A stretch of DNA of 64,000 nucleotides from Mycobacteriales bacterium (GTDB taxonomy: Bacteria; Actinomycetota; Actinomycetes; JAFAQI01): positions 887-64,886 of the forward strand of contig DATAVK010000062.1 in assembly GCA_036267755.1 (NCBI GenBank), given 5' to 3'. A program made the position numbers and the translations under genes. The notes under the pieces were generated by a model that had not been told where the DNA came from, made no database searches, and worked only from the letters and a program-made list of their open reading frames with translations. Below are positions 26,031 to 35,666 of this stretch, piece by piece. Every line of letters starts with the position of its first letter. Positions within the stretch are counted from its first letter, which is position 1.

Positions 26031-27150
26031 GCACCCCCGGCAGCACCGACGCCAGCCGCTCGTAATCGGCCGGGGTGTTGTAAAGCTGCCCGCACACCCG
26101 TAGCCAGGCGTGCCCGTGCAGCGACAGCACCGCGACCTCGAACCCATGCTCGTCGTGCAGCCGCTCGCGAAGCGCGCGCCCTTCGGCCAGGTCAAGCTCC
26201 ACCGGAAGCGCCACGATCCGCATCGCCGCGGTCATCCCGGGCGGCTTTGGCGATCTGGTGCCAAGCGCCGCAGCCAGCAGATCCGCGCCGGTGTCGACCA
26301 GCTCACGCTGCCGGGTCCGGGCGGTCTCCCAGCCGATCTGCTCCCAGTAGTCGAGGGCCGCGGGAACGCTCAGCAGGGGCACCGGATCCTTGGTTCCGGT
26401 CCAGTCGAACGCCGGCTGGAAGCCCGCGGTGTAGTCGTGCGAGGCAACTAACGGCCGGATGAGCGGCTGCCAACTCGGCGCGACGTGAAGCGCCGCGAGC
26501 CCACGCTGGCAGCAGACCCACTTGTGCAGGTTCCCCACCCAGAAGTCGGCGCCCGTGGCCTGCAGGTCCACGGCCACCTGGCCCGGCATGTGCGCGGCGT
26601 CGACGAGCACCGGGATCCCCCGCTCATGGGCGGCGGCCACGATTTCGGCGACCGGGAAGTACATGCCGCTGGGCGACGCGATGCCGTCGACGACCAGCAG
26701 CCGGGTCCGCGGTGTGGCCCGGTCCAGAATCGCCGTCACGACGTCCGCGGTGCTCGCGACCTCCATCGGCACGTGAGCTGACACCGTCTCGACGCCGTAC
26801 CGCTGCGTGACAACCGCGAGCTGTGCGCTCACCGCGGGATAGCAGTGATCCGTCGTCAGCACCTCGTCACCGGGAGCCATCGAGGCGGTGAGCACGGCGA
26901 GCACAGTGGCGGTTCCGGTCGTCGCGTTGTCGACGAACGCGAGGTTCGCCGGGTCGGCCCCGAGCAGGCCAGCGACCCGGCCGCGTACCTCGTCGATCCG
27001 ATCGGGCAGCCGTCGTACCAGCAGGTCCGCGGGGTTGCGCTCCACCTCGCGCCGGATCTCGGCCGCCGCCTCGGCGACGGGAACGGGGAGTACGCCGAAA
27101 CTGCCGTGGTTGAGGTAGGTGATCTGCGGGTCGAGCTGCCATTCGGTCAC
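26011..27150 (-). CDS. aminotransferase class V-fold PLP-dependent enzyme (isopenicillin-N-epimerase-like)
   Basis: 379 aa. Its ITYLNHGSFGVLP N-terminus and GADFWVGNLHKW (PLP-Lys region) are typical of class V enzymes. Confidence 0.8.
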   Translation of the reverse strand: MTEWQLDPQITYLNHGSFGVLPVPVAEAAAEIRREVERNPADLLVRRLPDRIDEVRGRVAGLLGADPANLAFVDNATTGTATVLAVLTASMAPGDEVLTTDHCYPAVSAQLAVVTQRYGVETVSAHVPMEVASTADVVTAILDRATPRTRLLVVDGIASPSGMYFPVAEIVAAAHERGIPVLVDAAHMPGQVAVDLQATGADFWVGNLHKWVCCQRGLAALHVAPSWQPLIRPLVASHDYTAGFQPAFDWTGTKDPVPLLSVPAALDYWEQIGWETARTRQRELVDTGADLLAAALGTRSPKPPGMTAAMRIVALPVELDLAEGRALRERLHDEHGFEVAVLSLHGHAWLRVCGQLYNTPADYERLASVLPGVLTVAAR

Positions 27151-27191
27151 CGCTCCACCGTTTCACGGTGCGCTGCGATCACCGCAGCGAT

Positions 27192-27515
27192 TTACAGGTA
27201 GAGCCCGGGAGCGGCGTCTTCCAGCCGTTCGCTCGCTACAGCGTGGATGTCCCGCTCCCGCAGGACGACGTGCATGCTGCCGTGCAGCTCGACCTCGGCC
27301 CGGTCCTCCGGGTCGAACAGCACCCGGTCGCCAACCTGAAGCGTGCGGACGCTGCCGCCCGTGGCGGTCACCTCGGCCCAGGCCAGACGCTTTCCGAGCT
27401 GGGCAGTCGCGGGGATGACGATGCCCGCGTTGGACCGCCGCTCGCCGGCCTCGTCGTCGATGGTGACGAGCACCCGATCGTGCAGCATCTGGATCGGCAG
27501 CTTCTCTGCAGGCAC
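27192..27515 (-). CDS. GroES/Cpn10-family protein (orphan, no adjacent groEL)
   Basis: 107 aa. IQMLHDRVLVTIDDEAGERRSNAGIVIP...VGDRVLF follows the Cpn10 pattern. Confidence 0.7.
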   Translation of the reverse strand: MPAEKLPIQMLHDRVLVTIDDEAGERRSNAGIVIPATAQLGKRLAWAEVTATGGSVRTLQVGDRVLFDPEDRAEVELHGSMHVVLRERDIHAVASERLEDAAPGLYL

Positions 27516-27524
27516 GTCACGACG

Positions 27525-28700
27525 TTACCGGTCCACCGGCTGCCTCGGCCGAGCTGTCTTCGCAGCTGGGAATGCCGCCGCGACGACAGCAACAGCTCCC
27601 GCGAGGGCGAACGTCGGGCGGGCGCCCAAGCCGTCGACGCTGACGCCGCCCAGCGACGATCCGGCCGCCGTACCGATCAGGAAAGCCGTGCTCAGCCAGC
27701 CGAACGCCTCCGTCGTCGACCCCTCGGGCGCGGCCACACTGATCCGGGTGTAGAGCCGGGCGAGGGACGGTGCGAGCGCCAAGCCGCTGCACCACAGCAC
27801 CGCGGCGAGCACAATGTTGTCCGGCGAGAGCGCCGACACGGTGAGAAGCACCGCGAAACAGGTGATCGTGCCGGCCAGGCCGCGGTCGGTGACGGCGCCG
27901 GCCGGGGAGCCGAACCACAGGCCACCGACCAGAGATCCGGCGCTCCAGATCACCAGCACGATTCCGGACTTCGCCGATGCCTCCCGGCCACCGACGAAGG
28001 CGACCGTCGCGATCTCGGTCATCGCGAAGCAGACGGTGAGGCAGCAGCCGGTCGCGACGTACCCGAGGACCCCGGTGCCGCGCAGCACCCGATGCCGTGG
28101 CGGTCGCACCGTCCGCCCTACCGTCCCGAACGGCGGCGCGGTGACGTAGGCGACGACCCCCAGCAGCCCGAGTACGCCGGTCGCGACCACGGCGGTGCGC
28201 GGCCCGGCGGTGCCGGCGATCAAGGCGACCAGCCCCGGCCCGGCGATGTACACCAGCTCCTGCGCCGTGGCCTCGAGCCCGAACACCCGCTGCGACAGCG
28301 ACGGGTCGAGCACCCGCGCCCACATGCTGCGGGTCACCGCGGTGATCGGCGGCGTGGCGATTCCGATAACCGCGCAGATCGCCAGCTGCCCGCCGAACCG
28401 GCCGTCGGCGTCGACCGCCAACGCCACCAGCGCGGCGGCGTACCACGTCGAGGCGAACGCCAGCACCGGTCGGGCGCCGCGCCGGTCGACGGCGCGGGCG
28501 AGCAGTACGCCCGAGATGCCACCCGTGATGACCGACGCCCCAGTGGCGAGACCGGCCCGTGCATACCCGTCGCGGGGCGCGAGAAGCAGCAGGATCGCGA
28601 GGCTGACCATGCCCTGCGGCAACCGGGCCAACAGCGAGGTGAACAGCAGCCGCGACACGTGTTGGGTGCGCAGGAGCTCGACGTAGCCGCGCGACCTCAC
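27525..28700 (-). CDS. MFS transporter
   Basis: ORF 27525-28742. GTG 28700 is preferred because it forms a GTGA overlap with the upstream TrmH-like stop. About 12 hydrophobic segments; MFS-like LLARAVDRRGARPVL loop. Confidence 0.8.
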   Translation of the reverse strand: MRSRGYVELLRTQHVSRLLFTSLLARLPQGMVSLAILLLLAPRDGYARAGLATGASVITGGISGVLLARAVDRRGARPVLAFASTWYAAALVALAVDADGRFGGQLAICAVIGIATPPITAVTRSMWARVLDPSLSQRVFGLEATAQELVYIAGPGLVALIAGTAGPRTAVVATGVLGLLGVVAYVTAPPFGTVGRTVRPPRHRVLRGTGVLGYVATGCCLTVCFAMTEIATVAFVGGREASAKSGIVLVIWSAGSLVGGLWFGSPAGAVTDRGLAGTITCFAVLLTVSALSPDNIVLAAVLWCSGLALAPSLARLYTRISVAAPEGSTTEAFGWLSTAFLIGTAAGSSLGGVSVDGLGARPTFALAGAVAVVAAAFPAAKTARPRQPVDR

Positions 28701-29344
28701 CCGCTCGCCTGCCGGTGACCAGTCCCGTGGCGGCGATGCCACTCGAACATTGCAATCCCGCTGGCGACCCCGGCGTTGATCGACCGGGTCGAGCCGAGCT
28801 GCGGAACGTGCAGCACCTGCTTAACCGCCGCCCGCGCGGCCTGGCTCAGGCCGGGGCCCTCCTGCCCGAAGACCAGCACGCAACGCAGCGGGAGATCGGC
28901 ATCGAGGATGCTCGCCGACCCGGGTAGCAGGTCGATCCCGACGAGTGGGAGGTCTTCGGCAGCCGCCCACAAGGCCAGGTCGTCGATGTCGGGATGATGC
29001 CGTACGTCGACGTAGCGGTCGGTGACCATGGCGCCTCGACGATTCCAGCGCCGATTGCCGACGATGTGCACCGCCTCAGCGAGGAACGCGTTGGCGTTGC
29101 GGACCACCGTGCCGATGTTGAAGTCGTGCTGCCAGTTCTCGATCGCGACGTGGAACGGCCGACGGTGGGCGGCCAGGTCGGCGACTATCGCCTCGTGGCT
29201 CCAGTAGCGGTACCGGTCGACGACGTTGCGCCGGTCGCCCTCGGCCAGCAGAGCCGGGTCCAGCCGCGGATCGTCGGGCCAGGGCCGGGGGTGCGGCCCC
29301 ACGCCCACCTGGTCCACGCCGCCATTGTCCCCCGGCTCAGCCAA
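28697..29344 (-). CDS. TrmH/SpoU-family RNA 2'-O-methyltransferase
   Basis: 215-aa ORF. SpoU motifs NIGTVVRNANAF, LVFGQEGPGLS and GSTRSINAGVASGIAMFEW. The start is uncertain: TTG 29344, or GTG 29317 or 29308. Confidence 0.8.
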   Translation of the reverse strand: MAEPGDNGGVDQVGVGPHPRPWPDDPRLDPALLAEGDRRNVVDRYRYWSHEAIVADLAAHRRPFHVAIENWQHDFNIGTVVRNANAFLAEAVHIVGNRRWNRRGAMVTDRYVDVRHHPDIDDLALWAAAEDLPLVGIDLLPGSASILDADLPLRCVLVFGQEGPGLSQAARAAVKQVLHVPQLGSTRSINAGVASGIAMFEWHRRHGTGHRQASG

Positions 29345-29412
29345 CTGATTTCACCCGGTTGGACGGCGTCGGCTGCCGGTTTCTGCCAGGAAGTCCCCCT
29401 ACAGTGCCTGTG

Positions 29413-30645
29413 ATGCGCACCGTGTCACACCGTCCGGTCCGGGCAGCAGTCGTCATCGGGCTCGCCGCGATCGGCGTCTCCGTCGCCGTCGCAGCTCCGG
29501 CATCGGCATCACCGAGGTCGCAGCTGCGGCATCAGGTCAGCGCGTCGTTTCGGGGCAGCACAGCCCGCGACGTGCACTACAACGTCCAGATCGCCGGCGG
29601 TCCGACGCTGACTCGACACTCGAACCTGACGTCCCGTCCCGCCAGCAACGAGAAGCTGATCACGACCGAGACCCTGCTCGCGCAAATCGGCCCCAGCTTT
29701 GAGTACCGCACCACCTTCTACGTGACGGCGCCGGTGTCCGACGGGGTCGAGGACGGTGACCTGATCGTGGTGGGTGGCGGCGACCCCACGCTGACCAGCA
29801 GCGAGCTCGGCCTACTCGGCAAGGACCTGCACCAGGCCGGTCTGCACAAGGTCACCGGGAACCTGGTGATCGACGACTCGCGCTACAACCACTGGACCAC
29901 CGCGCCGGGCTGGAAGCACGGCTTCCTGCCGGACGAGAGCGGTCCGATCGACGCGTTCTCCGTCGACAGCGACGCCCACGGGCACTCCTCGTCGTACCTC
30001 GCGGATCCGACCCTCGCCAATGCGAAGATCTTGCGCAAGGAGCTGCACAGCGCGCACATCGCGATTTCCGGCAGCGACAAGGCAGGCCGGCTGCCGGCCG
30101 ACGCGACACTGTTGCGGGTCCACCGATCCGGCGCGCTCAGCCAGATCGTTCGCGAGACGCTCACCGTCTCGGACAACTACAACGCCGAGATGATGCTTCG
30201 GGAGGCCGGCTACCAGGCCTCCGGCGAGGGCACCCGGACCAGCGGGATCGCGGCGATCCGGGCGGAGGCCAAGCACCTGCACGTCAAGCTGGGACGGATC
30301 GAGGACGGCTCCGGCCTGTCCTACCTGGACGCTGAGTCACCTCGCGACATCACGAGATGGCTCCATGCCATCCACGGTTCGAATCAGTTCCACGAGATCT
30401 ACACGTCGGTGCCGACGTCCTGCCGCACCGGGACGCTGGAGTTTCGGCTCTGCGGAGCGCACGTCGCCAGCCGGGTCCACGCGAAGACCGGCACGCTCGA
30501 TCACGACGTCGCGCTGTCCGGCTGGACCCACACCCGATCGGGTCGACTCGTGACGTTCTCGTTCCTGCTGAGCAAGGTCCACTCCACGGCGACCGCGGAG
30601 ACCCATCTCGACGCCGCGGTCTCGCGGATCGCCCGCTACCGCTGA
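29413..30645 (+). CDS. dacB: D-alanyl-D-alanine carboxypeptidase/endopeptidase (PBP4, S13 family)
   Basis: ORF 29359-30645 trimmed to ATG 29413 (MRTVSHRPVRAAVVIGLAAIGVSVAVAAPASA signal peptide). SxxK motif as PASNEKLIT; SDN (TVSDNYNAE); KTG (HAKTGTL). Confidence 0.8.
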   Translation: MRTVSHRPVRAAVVIGLAAIGVSVAVAAPASASPRSQLRHQVSASFRGSTARDVHYNVQIAGGPTLTRHSNLTSRPASNEKLITTETLLAQIGPSFEYRTTFYVTAPVSDGVEDGDLIVVGGGDPTLTSSELGLLGKDLHQAGLHKVTGNLVIDDSRYNHWTTAPGWKHGFLPDESGPIDAFSVDSDAHGHSSSYLADPTLANAKILRKELHSAHIAISGSDKAGRLPADATLLRVHRSGALSQIVRETLTVSDNYNAEMMLREAGYQASGEGTRTSGIAAIRAEAKHLHVKLGRIEDGSGLSYLDAESPRDITRWLHAIHGSNQFHEIYTSVPTSCRTGTLEFRLCGAHVASRVHAKTGTLDHDVALSGWTHTRSGRLVTFSFLLSKVHSTATAETHLDAAVSRIARYR

Positions 30646-31757
30646 GTGACGACGCGACCCGACACCGATCCGAGGTCGAGCCGCGATCCGTCCGTGGCCG
30701 GCGCGGTCGCTGTGATCACCACCTCGTCACCGTCGGCCAGGTAACGCTGATTGCGCCATCGCTCGAGCAGCGATCCCACCTGGTCGCGGTCCGGCCCACT
30801 GACGGTGCCCGAGGCGAAGAGGTCTCCGGTGCGCAGCGTCGCGCCGTTCGCGGTGAGGTGAGCCATCATCTGCGCCGGCGAGAAGTGCATCGTCCGGTAC
30901 GGCGGCCGCGAGACCACCTCCCCATTGATGCTCAGCTCCAGGTCGAGGTCCAGGCCCCAAGGCTCGGTCTCGACCAAGTACGGCGATAAATCGCTGCCCG
31001 CAGCCGGGACCGGCACCCGGGCCGCCGCCAGCGCATCGAGCGGGACCACCCACGGCGAGACCGAGGTCTGGAACGACTTGCCGAGGAACGGGCCGAGCGG
31101 CACCGTCTCCCACATCTGGATGTCGCGCGCCGACCAGTCGTTGAGCAGCAGCAGGCCGAAGACGTGGTCCTCGAACCCACTCACCGGCACCGGCTTCCCA
31201 AGGGTCGAGCCAGTGCCGACGACGTACCCGACCTCAACCTCGACGTCGAGCGCCGCCGTCGGTTGGTAGGACGGTCGGTCGTCGTCCCCGGGCCCGGCGA
31301 CGTGGCCGGACGGCCGGACCACCGGCGTGCCGCTCACCACCACGGTGCCGGCGCGACCGTGATAGCCGATCGGCTGATGCCGCCAGTTCGGCTGGAGTCC
31401 CGGCCTGCCGGGTCGCAGGATCCCGGCGACGTTCACCGCGTGGTTCTCGCTGGTGTAGAAGTCGACGTAGTCCGCGACGGTGAACGGCAGCAGCAGGTCC
31501 AGGTCGTCCAGCCAGGTGAGCGGCGGCTCGTCGGCGATCCAGTCGAGAACCGAGCGCCGGACGTCGCGCCACGCGTCCGGGCCGGCGGCGAGTAGCGGGT
31601 CGAGTGTCGGCGCGCTCAGCTCGGCTGCCAGCGGATGCGACATCTCCGTGGCGACCGGCCCGACGTCGAGCGCCTGATCCCCGACCCGGACCACGACCCT
31701 CGGCGGCCCGTCTCCGCCGCGCCCCACTGCCACGCCGTACGGATAGCACTCGCTCAC
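30636..31757 (-). CDS. fahA: fumarylacetoacetase
   Basis: C-terminal 373 codons of ORF 30636-32294. GTG 31757 forms a GTGA overlap with the hmgA stop. FAH-like strings DYVDFYTSENH, HQPIGYHGRAGTVVVSG and LLNDWSARDIQ. Confidence 0.85.
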   Translation of the reverse strand: MSECYPYGVAVGRGGDGPPRVVVRVGDQALDVGPVATEMSHPLAAELSAPTLDPLLAAGPDAWRDVRRSVLDWIADEPPLTWLDDLDLLLPFTVADYVDFYTSENHAVNVAGILRPGRPGLQPNWRHQPIGYHGRAGTVVVSGTPVVRPSGHVAGPGDDDRPSYQPTAALDVEVEVGYVVGTGSTLGKPVPVSGFEDHVFGLLLLNDWSARDIQMWETVPLGPFLGKSFQTSVSPWVVPLDALAAARVPVPAAGSDLSPYLVETEPWGLDLDLELSINGEVVSRPPYRTMHFSPAQMMAHLTANGATLRTGDLFASGTVSGPDRDQVGSLLERWRNQRYLADGDEVVITATAPATDGSRLDLGSVSGRVVTQR

Positions 31758-32956
31758 GTCAGGCGCCGACCGGCCCACGACCAGGCGTAGCTCTCGTCCT
31801 CGCACTCGAGTCCCGCCGCCCCGAGCTCGAGCGGCCGGAACGTGTCCACCATGACGGCGAGCTCGTCGAAGAACTCCGCACCGAGGCTGCGTTCCACCGC
31901 TCCTGGCTGCGGGCCGTGGGCGTAACCGCCGGGATGCAGCGAGATCGACCCCTGCTCGATCCCGGATCCCTTGCGGGCCTCGTAGTCGCCGCCGCAGTAG
32001 AACATCACCTCGTCGCTGTCGACGTTGGAGTGGTAGTAGGGCACGGGGATCGCCAGCGGGTGGTAGTCGACCTTGCGCGGCACGAAGTTGCAGATCACGA
32101 AGTTGCCGCCTTCGAAGACCTGGTGCGCCGGCGGCGGCTGATGCACCCGCCCGGTGATCGGCTCGTAGTCGGAAACGTTGAAAACGTAGGGATAAAGGCA
32201 GCCGTCCCAGCCGACGACGTCGAACGGGTGCGTCGCGTGGACGTGGATCGTGCCGCCGACACCGTTGCCACCCGGGGCGCGGTGCTTCACCCACACCTCG
32301 ACGTCGTCGCCCTCGACGAGCATCGGCTCGGTCGGCCCGCGCAGGTCCCGCTCGCAGTACGGCGAGTGCTCGAGCAGCTGCCCGAACTTCGACAGGTAGC
32401 GCCGTGGCGGTGTGATGTGGCTGTTGGCCTCGATGGCATAGCTACGCAGCGGCGCGCTGCCGTCGAGGACCCAGCGGTGGGTCGTCGCGCGCGGCACGAT
32501 CACGTAGTCGCCCTGACCGACCGCCAACGACCCGAACACCGTCTCGACCACCGCGTTCCCGGCTTCGACGTACACGCACTCGTCGCCGAGTGCGTTCCGG
32601 TAGTACGGGGACGTCTCGCCGGCGACCGAGTACGAGATCCGTACGTCGGCATTGCCCAGCACCAGGCGGCGCCCGTTGACGGGGTCGAGTGCCTTCCACT
32701 CGTTGTCGCCGACCAGCGCGTGAAGCCGGAGATGGCGGGGCTTGAGCGGTTGGTTGGGCGTCGTCGTCTGCCCGGTGAGGTCCCAGGTCCTGGCATCAAC
32801 GATGGCGGACGGGATCCCGCGGTGGTAGAGCAGCGACGAGTCCGACGAGAACCCCTCTTCGCCCATCAGCTCCTCGGCGTAGAGCCCACCGTCGGGACGA
32901 CGGTGCTGGGTGTGTCGCTTCGGCGGGACATCTCCCAGCTGCCGGTAGAACGCCAT
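31754..32956 (-). CDS. hmgA: homogentisate 1,2-dioxygenase
   Basis: ORF 31754-33733 trimmed to ATG 32956 (MAFYRQLGDVPPKRHTQ), giving 400 aa. HGD-like PYYHSNVDSDEVMFY and ISLHPGGYAHGP. It sits in an operon with fahA. Confidence 0.9.
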   Translation of the reverse strand: MAFYRQLGDVPPKRHTQHRRPDGGLYAEELMGEEGFSSDSSLLYHRGIPSAIVDARTWDLTGQTTTPNQPLKPRHLRLHALVGDNEWKALDPVNGRRLVLGNADVRISYSVAGETSPYYRNALGDECVYVEAGNAVVETVFGSLAVGQGDYVIVPRATTHRWVLDGSAPLRSYAIEANSHITPPRRYLSKFGQLLEHSPYCERDLRGPTEPMLVEGDDVEVWVKHRAPGGNGVGGTIHVHATHPFDVVGWDGCLYPYVFNVSDYEPITGRVHQPPPAHQVFEGGNFVICNFVPRKVDYHPLAIPVPYYHSNVDSDEVMFYCGGDYEARKGSGIEQGSISLHPGGYAHGPQPGAVERSLGAEFFDELAVMVDTFRPLELGAAGLECEDESYAWSWAGRRLT

Positions 32957-33122
32957 GCGCGCCTCCTCGACGTCACCGTAACGCCTACCATCGCGACGTC
33001 CGCACGATCGAGGAGGCATCCTGCCGAGCCGCCGAACCATCCCTGGCCCGCCCACGCTCACCGAGGCCGATGTCGCCGCGCTGCGCTCTCGTGTCGCCGC
33101 CGGTGAGAAGCCACGCGTCGTC

Positions 33123-33773
33123 GTGCGAACCCCGTCCGCGTCGGTAGCCGCCGGGACGCGCGGCAACGTCGTGCGCCTGGGCGACCCGAAGGACAACGAA
33201 TACGTCGTGGTCCGCCTCGGCCGCGACGAGGTGCCGTTTGCGCCGTCGGAGCTAGCACTGTCAGTCCGGGGGAAGGCGGCAGCAGTAGCACCGCCCGCCG
33301 CCGACCCGCCTGCCTCGGCACCAGCCCCGGCAAGGAAGGCGTCGCCACGAGCGACGACAACCAAGACCTCGGCTGCCAAGCCCGCAGCCGCACCCGCACC
33401 CGCAGCCGCACCCGCAGCCGCGGCGCGGCGTCCGGCTGCCGCGGCGTCCCGCAGCCGCCGCTCGTCCACCTCGGCACGTCGCTCGGCTGCTCCGCTCACC
33501 GTCACGCTTCGCTTCCGCAGCGATGAGTGGACGGTCGAGGCGCAGCGCGGCGCCCGCCGCCTGTCCAAGGCGGGGCCGCTACGTCCCGGCGCCGTGTCGG
33601 CCTTTGCGGAGCACGTTGACGATGAGGCGATCCGGGACGCGCTCGTCGAGACCGTCGAGTCCTGCCGCGCCGTGGTGGAGCAACGGGCCGAGGCGCTGCG
33701 GGCGCAGCTGCAGGAGGCTGAGGCGACACTCAAGGACTACGAGGCGAAGCCGAGCCGGCGTACCGCTCGCTGA
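33123..33773 (+). CDS. hypothetical protein with Ala/Pro-rich linker and C-terminal coiled-coil-like domain
   Basis: 216-aa ORF starting at GTG 33123. The open frame extends upstream to 32982 with coding-like GC3 but no ATG/GTG/TTG (see findings). No family recognised. Confidence 0.5.
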   Translation: MRTPSASVAAGTRGNVVRLGDPKDNEYVVVRLGRDEVPFAPSELALSVRGKAAAVAPPAADPPASAPAPARKASPRATTTKTSAAKPAAAPAPAAAPAAAARRPAAAASRSRRSSTSARRSAAPLTVTLRFRSDEWTVEAQRGARRLSKAGPLRPGAVSAFAEHVDDEAIRDALVETVESCRAVVEQRAEALRAQLQEAEATLKDYEAKPSRRTAR

Positions 33774-33805
33774 CGGTTTCCAGCCGGGCGTGCTGAGGTG
33801 TAGCC

Positions 33806-35644
33806 GTGAGGGGATGGGTCGGCCGCGTTGCCCGCGCGGCGATCCTCCTGGTGGTCGTGCCGCTGGCAGTCGTCGCATGTGGCGCCCGGCCGGCGTCGAT
33901 CCCTGCGTCAGCACCTGCTCCGCTGGCCCCGATCGGGCTCGGATCGGGATCGGTGAGCGCGTTCCCTGAGCCCGGGTCGGCGACCGCGTCGCCGGGGACG
34001 CAGATCAGCTTCGACGGCGCTACCGGCACTGAGCTGGCCGGGCTCACGGTGACCGGCAGCGTCTCGGGTCATCACGACGGCCGCGTCGAGGGCTACTCCA
34101 CCGGCACGGGCGCGAGCTTCCTGCCGGCTCGGCCATTCGTCCCGGCGGAGCGCGTCACGGTGAGCACCGGTCTCGCGATCCGCGGCGGCCATGACGGGAT
34201 GTTCGCCTTCACCATCGCGACCCCGGCGACCGAGACCACTCCCCCCGTGACGCCGAAGCCGGTGGTGCCACCGACTCCCCCGGCAACCGTGACGCACAAC
34301 GTCTCGGCCCGATCGATCCACGCGCCCGTCGTCACGGTCGAGACCCACCGGCGCTCGGCAGCAGCCGGCGACATCTTCCTGGGCACGAAGGGCGGCGGCC
34401 TCCCGCACGCCGTCACCATCGTGGACGGGAACGGGAAGCTGGTCTGGTACCACCCGGAGGGAACGCTCGACGTCGAGGACGTCCACGTCCAGCAATACGA
34501 CGGGCAGCGGGTGCTGACGTGGTGGCAGGGTCACCAGAACACTCCCCACGGGTACGGCGACGGCGTGGACGTGATCGTGGATTCGTCGTACCGGCGAATC
34601 GCGACGGTGCGCGCCGGCAACGGCTGGTCGGCCGACCTGCACGACTTCGAGCTCACTTCGGCCGGGACCGCCTTGATCACGGTGGCCGCCCCGATCCGCT
34701 GGAACCTCAGCGCTTTAGGCGGTCCCGTCCACGGGATCGTCATCGACGACCTGATCCAGGAGATCGACGTCAAGACCGGTCTCGTGATGTTTGAGTGGGG
34801 ATCGCTCGACCACGTGCCGCTGAGCGCATCGACCGCCGGCGTCGTCAAGAACGCCACGACGGCCTGGGACTTCATCCATCTCAACAGCGTCACGCCAGCA
34901 CCCGACGACGGGCTGCTGCTGTCGTCGCGGCACACCTTCGCGCTCTACGACGTCGACCTGCGGACCGGGAACCTGCGCTGGACGCTCGGCGGTCGGGACA
35001 GCACGTTCTTGATGTCGCGGCGGGCGCGCTTCTACTACCAGCACGACGCGCGGTTCCTCGGGCGCTGGCACATCACGTTGTTCGACGACGGCGGCGGGCC
35101 GCCGCGCCGTGAGGCGCAGTCACGGGCCCTGGAGCTGACGCTGCACCCGAAGAGCGACACGGTGACCGTCGCCCGGTCGTTAACGCACCGGCCCGAGCCG
35201 GTCGTGTCGGACAGCCAGGGCAACGTCCAGGCGCTGCCGAACGGAGACCTGCTCGTCGGCTTCGGCGCGGAGTCGCACATCACCGAGTTCGACCCCGCCG
35301 GCCGGGTGGTCTTCGAGGCGACGCTGCCACGAGGCGTCTCCAGCTATCGCGCCTATCGCAGCCGGTGGGTCGGCTCGCCTGCGACCGTTCCGGTGATCGC
35401 CGTCACGCGGACCCGACACGGGATGCGAGCCCACGTGAGCTGGAACGGTGACACCAGAACGATGCGGTGGCGACTGCTGGTGGGTTCGTCGACTGCCCAG
35501 CTCGTCGCCACGTCGACGGTGGTGGCCCGTCACGGTTTCCAGGCCACGCTGCCCATCCCCCGAGGGGTGCGGGTCGTCGCGGTGCAGGCGCTCGGGGCTG
35601 ACGGTCGGCCGCTCGCGAGGTCGGCGGTCGCCACGACGCGTTGA
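33806..35644 (+). CDS. arylsulfotransferase (ASST)-family beta-propeller lipoprotein
   Basis: 612 aa. Lipobox-like VVAC after a hydrophobic N-terminus. ASST-like strings DLHDFELTSAGTALIT, FEWGSLDHVPL, DFIHLNSV. Confidence 0.65.
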   Translation: MRGWVGRVARAAILLVVVPLAVVACGARPASIPASAPAPLAPIGLGSGSVSAFPEPGSATASPGTQISFDGATGTELAGLTVTGSVSGHHDGRVEGYSTGTGASFLPARPFVPAERVTVSTGLAIRGGHDGMFAFTIATPATETTPPVTPKPVVPPTPPATVTHNVSARSIHAPVVTVETHRRSAAAGDIFLGTKGGGLPHAVTIVDGNGKLVWYHPEGTLDVEDVHVQQYDGQRVLTWWQGHQNTPHGYGDGVDVIVDSSYRRIATVRAGNGWSADLHDFELTSAGTALITVAAPIRWNLSALGGPVHGIVIDDLIQEIDVKTGLVMFEWGSLDHVPLSASTAGVVKNATTAWDFIHLNSVTPAPDDGLLLSSRHTFALYDVDLRTGNLRWTLGGRDSTFLMSRRARFYYQHDARFLGRWHITLFDDGGGPPRREAQSRALELTLHPKSDTVTVARSLTHRPEPVVSDSQGNVQALPNGDLLVGFGAESHITEFDPAGRVVFEATLPRGVSSYRAYRSRWVGSPATVPVIAVTRTRHGMRAHVSWNGDTRTMRWRLLVGSSTAQLVATSTVVARHGFQATLPIPRGVRVVAVQALGADGRPLARSAVATTR

Positions 35645-35666
35645 GCTGTCGTACCTCTGCGGCGGC

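Noticed and set aside
33330-33450. Periodic GCN/CCN-rich DNA (gcagccgcacccgcacccgcagccgcacccgcagcc), considered as a tandem or CRISPR-like repeat
   Set aside because: It is in frame within the 33123-33773 ORF and encodes an Ala/Pro linker (AAKPAAAPAPAAAPAAAA). There is no spacer/repeat architecture.
32957-33733. N-terminal 259 codons of the 659-aa minus ORF 31754-33733, and other long shadows (1883-3457 +, 3018-4811 +, 4790-6505 +, 12656-14389 -, 23088-24419 -, 48430-50490 +)
   Set aside because: Each lies opposite to, or out of frame with, a gene carrying diagnostic motifs (glcDEF, aceB, LarA-like, sigma factor, GGDEF-EAL, hmgA). Their products are low-complexity Arg/Gly/Pro sequences.
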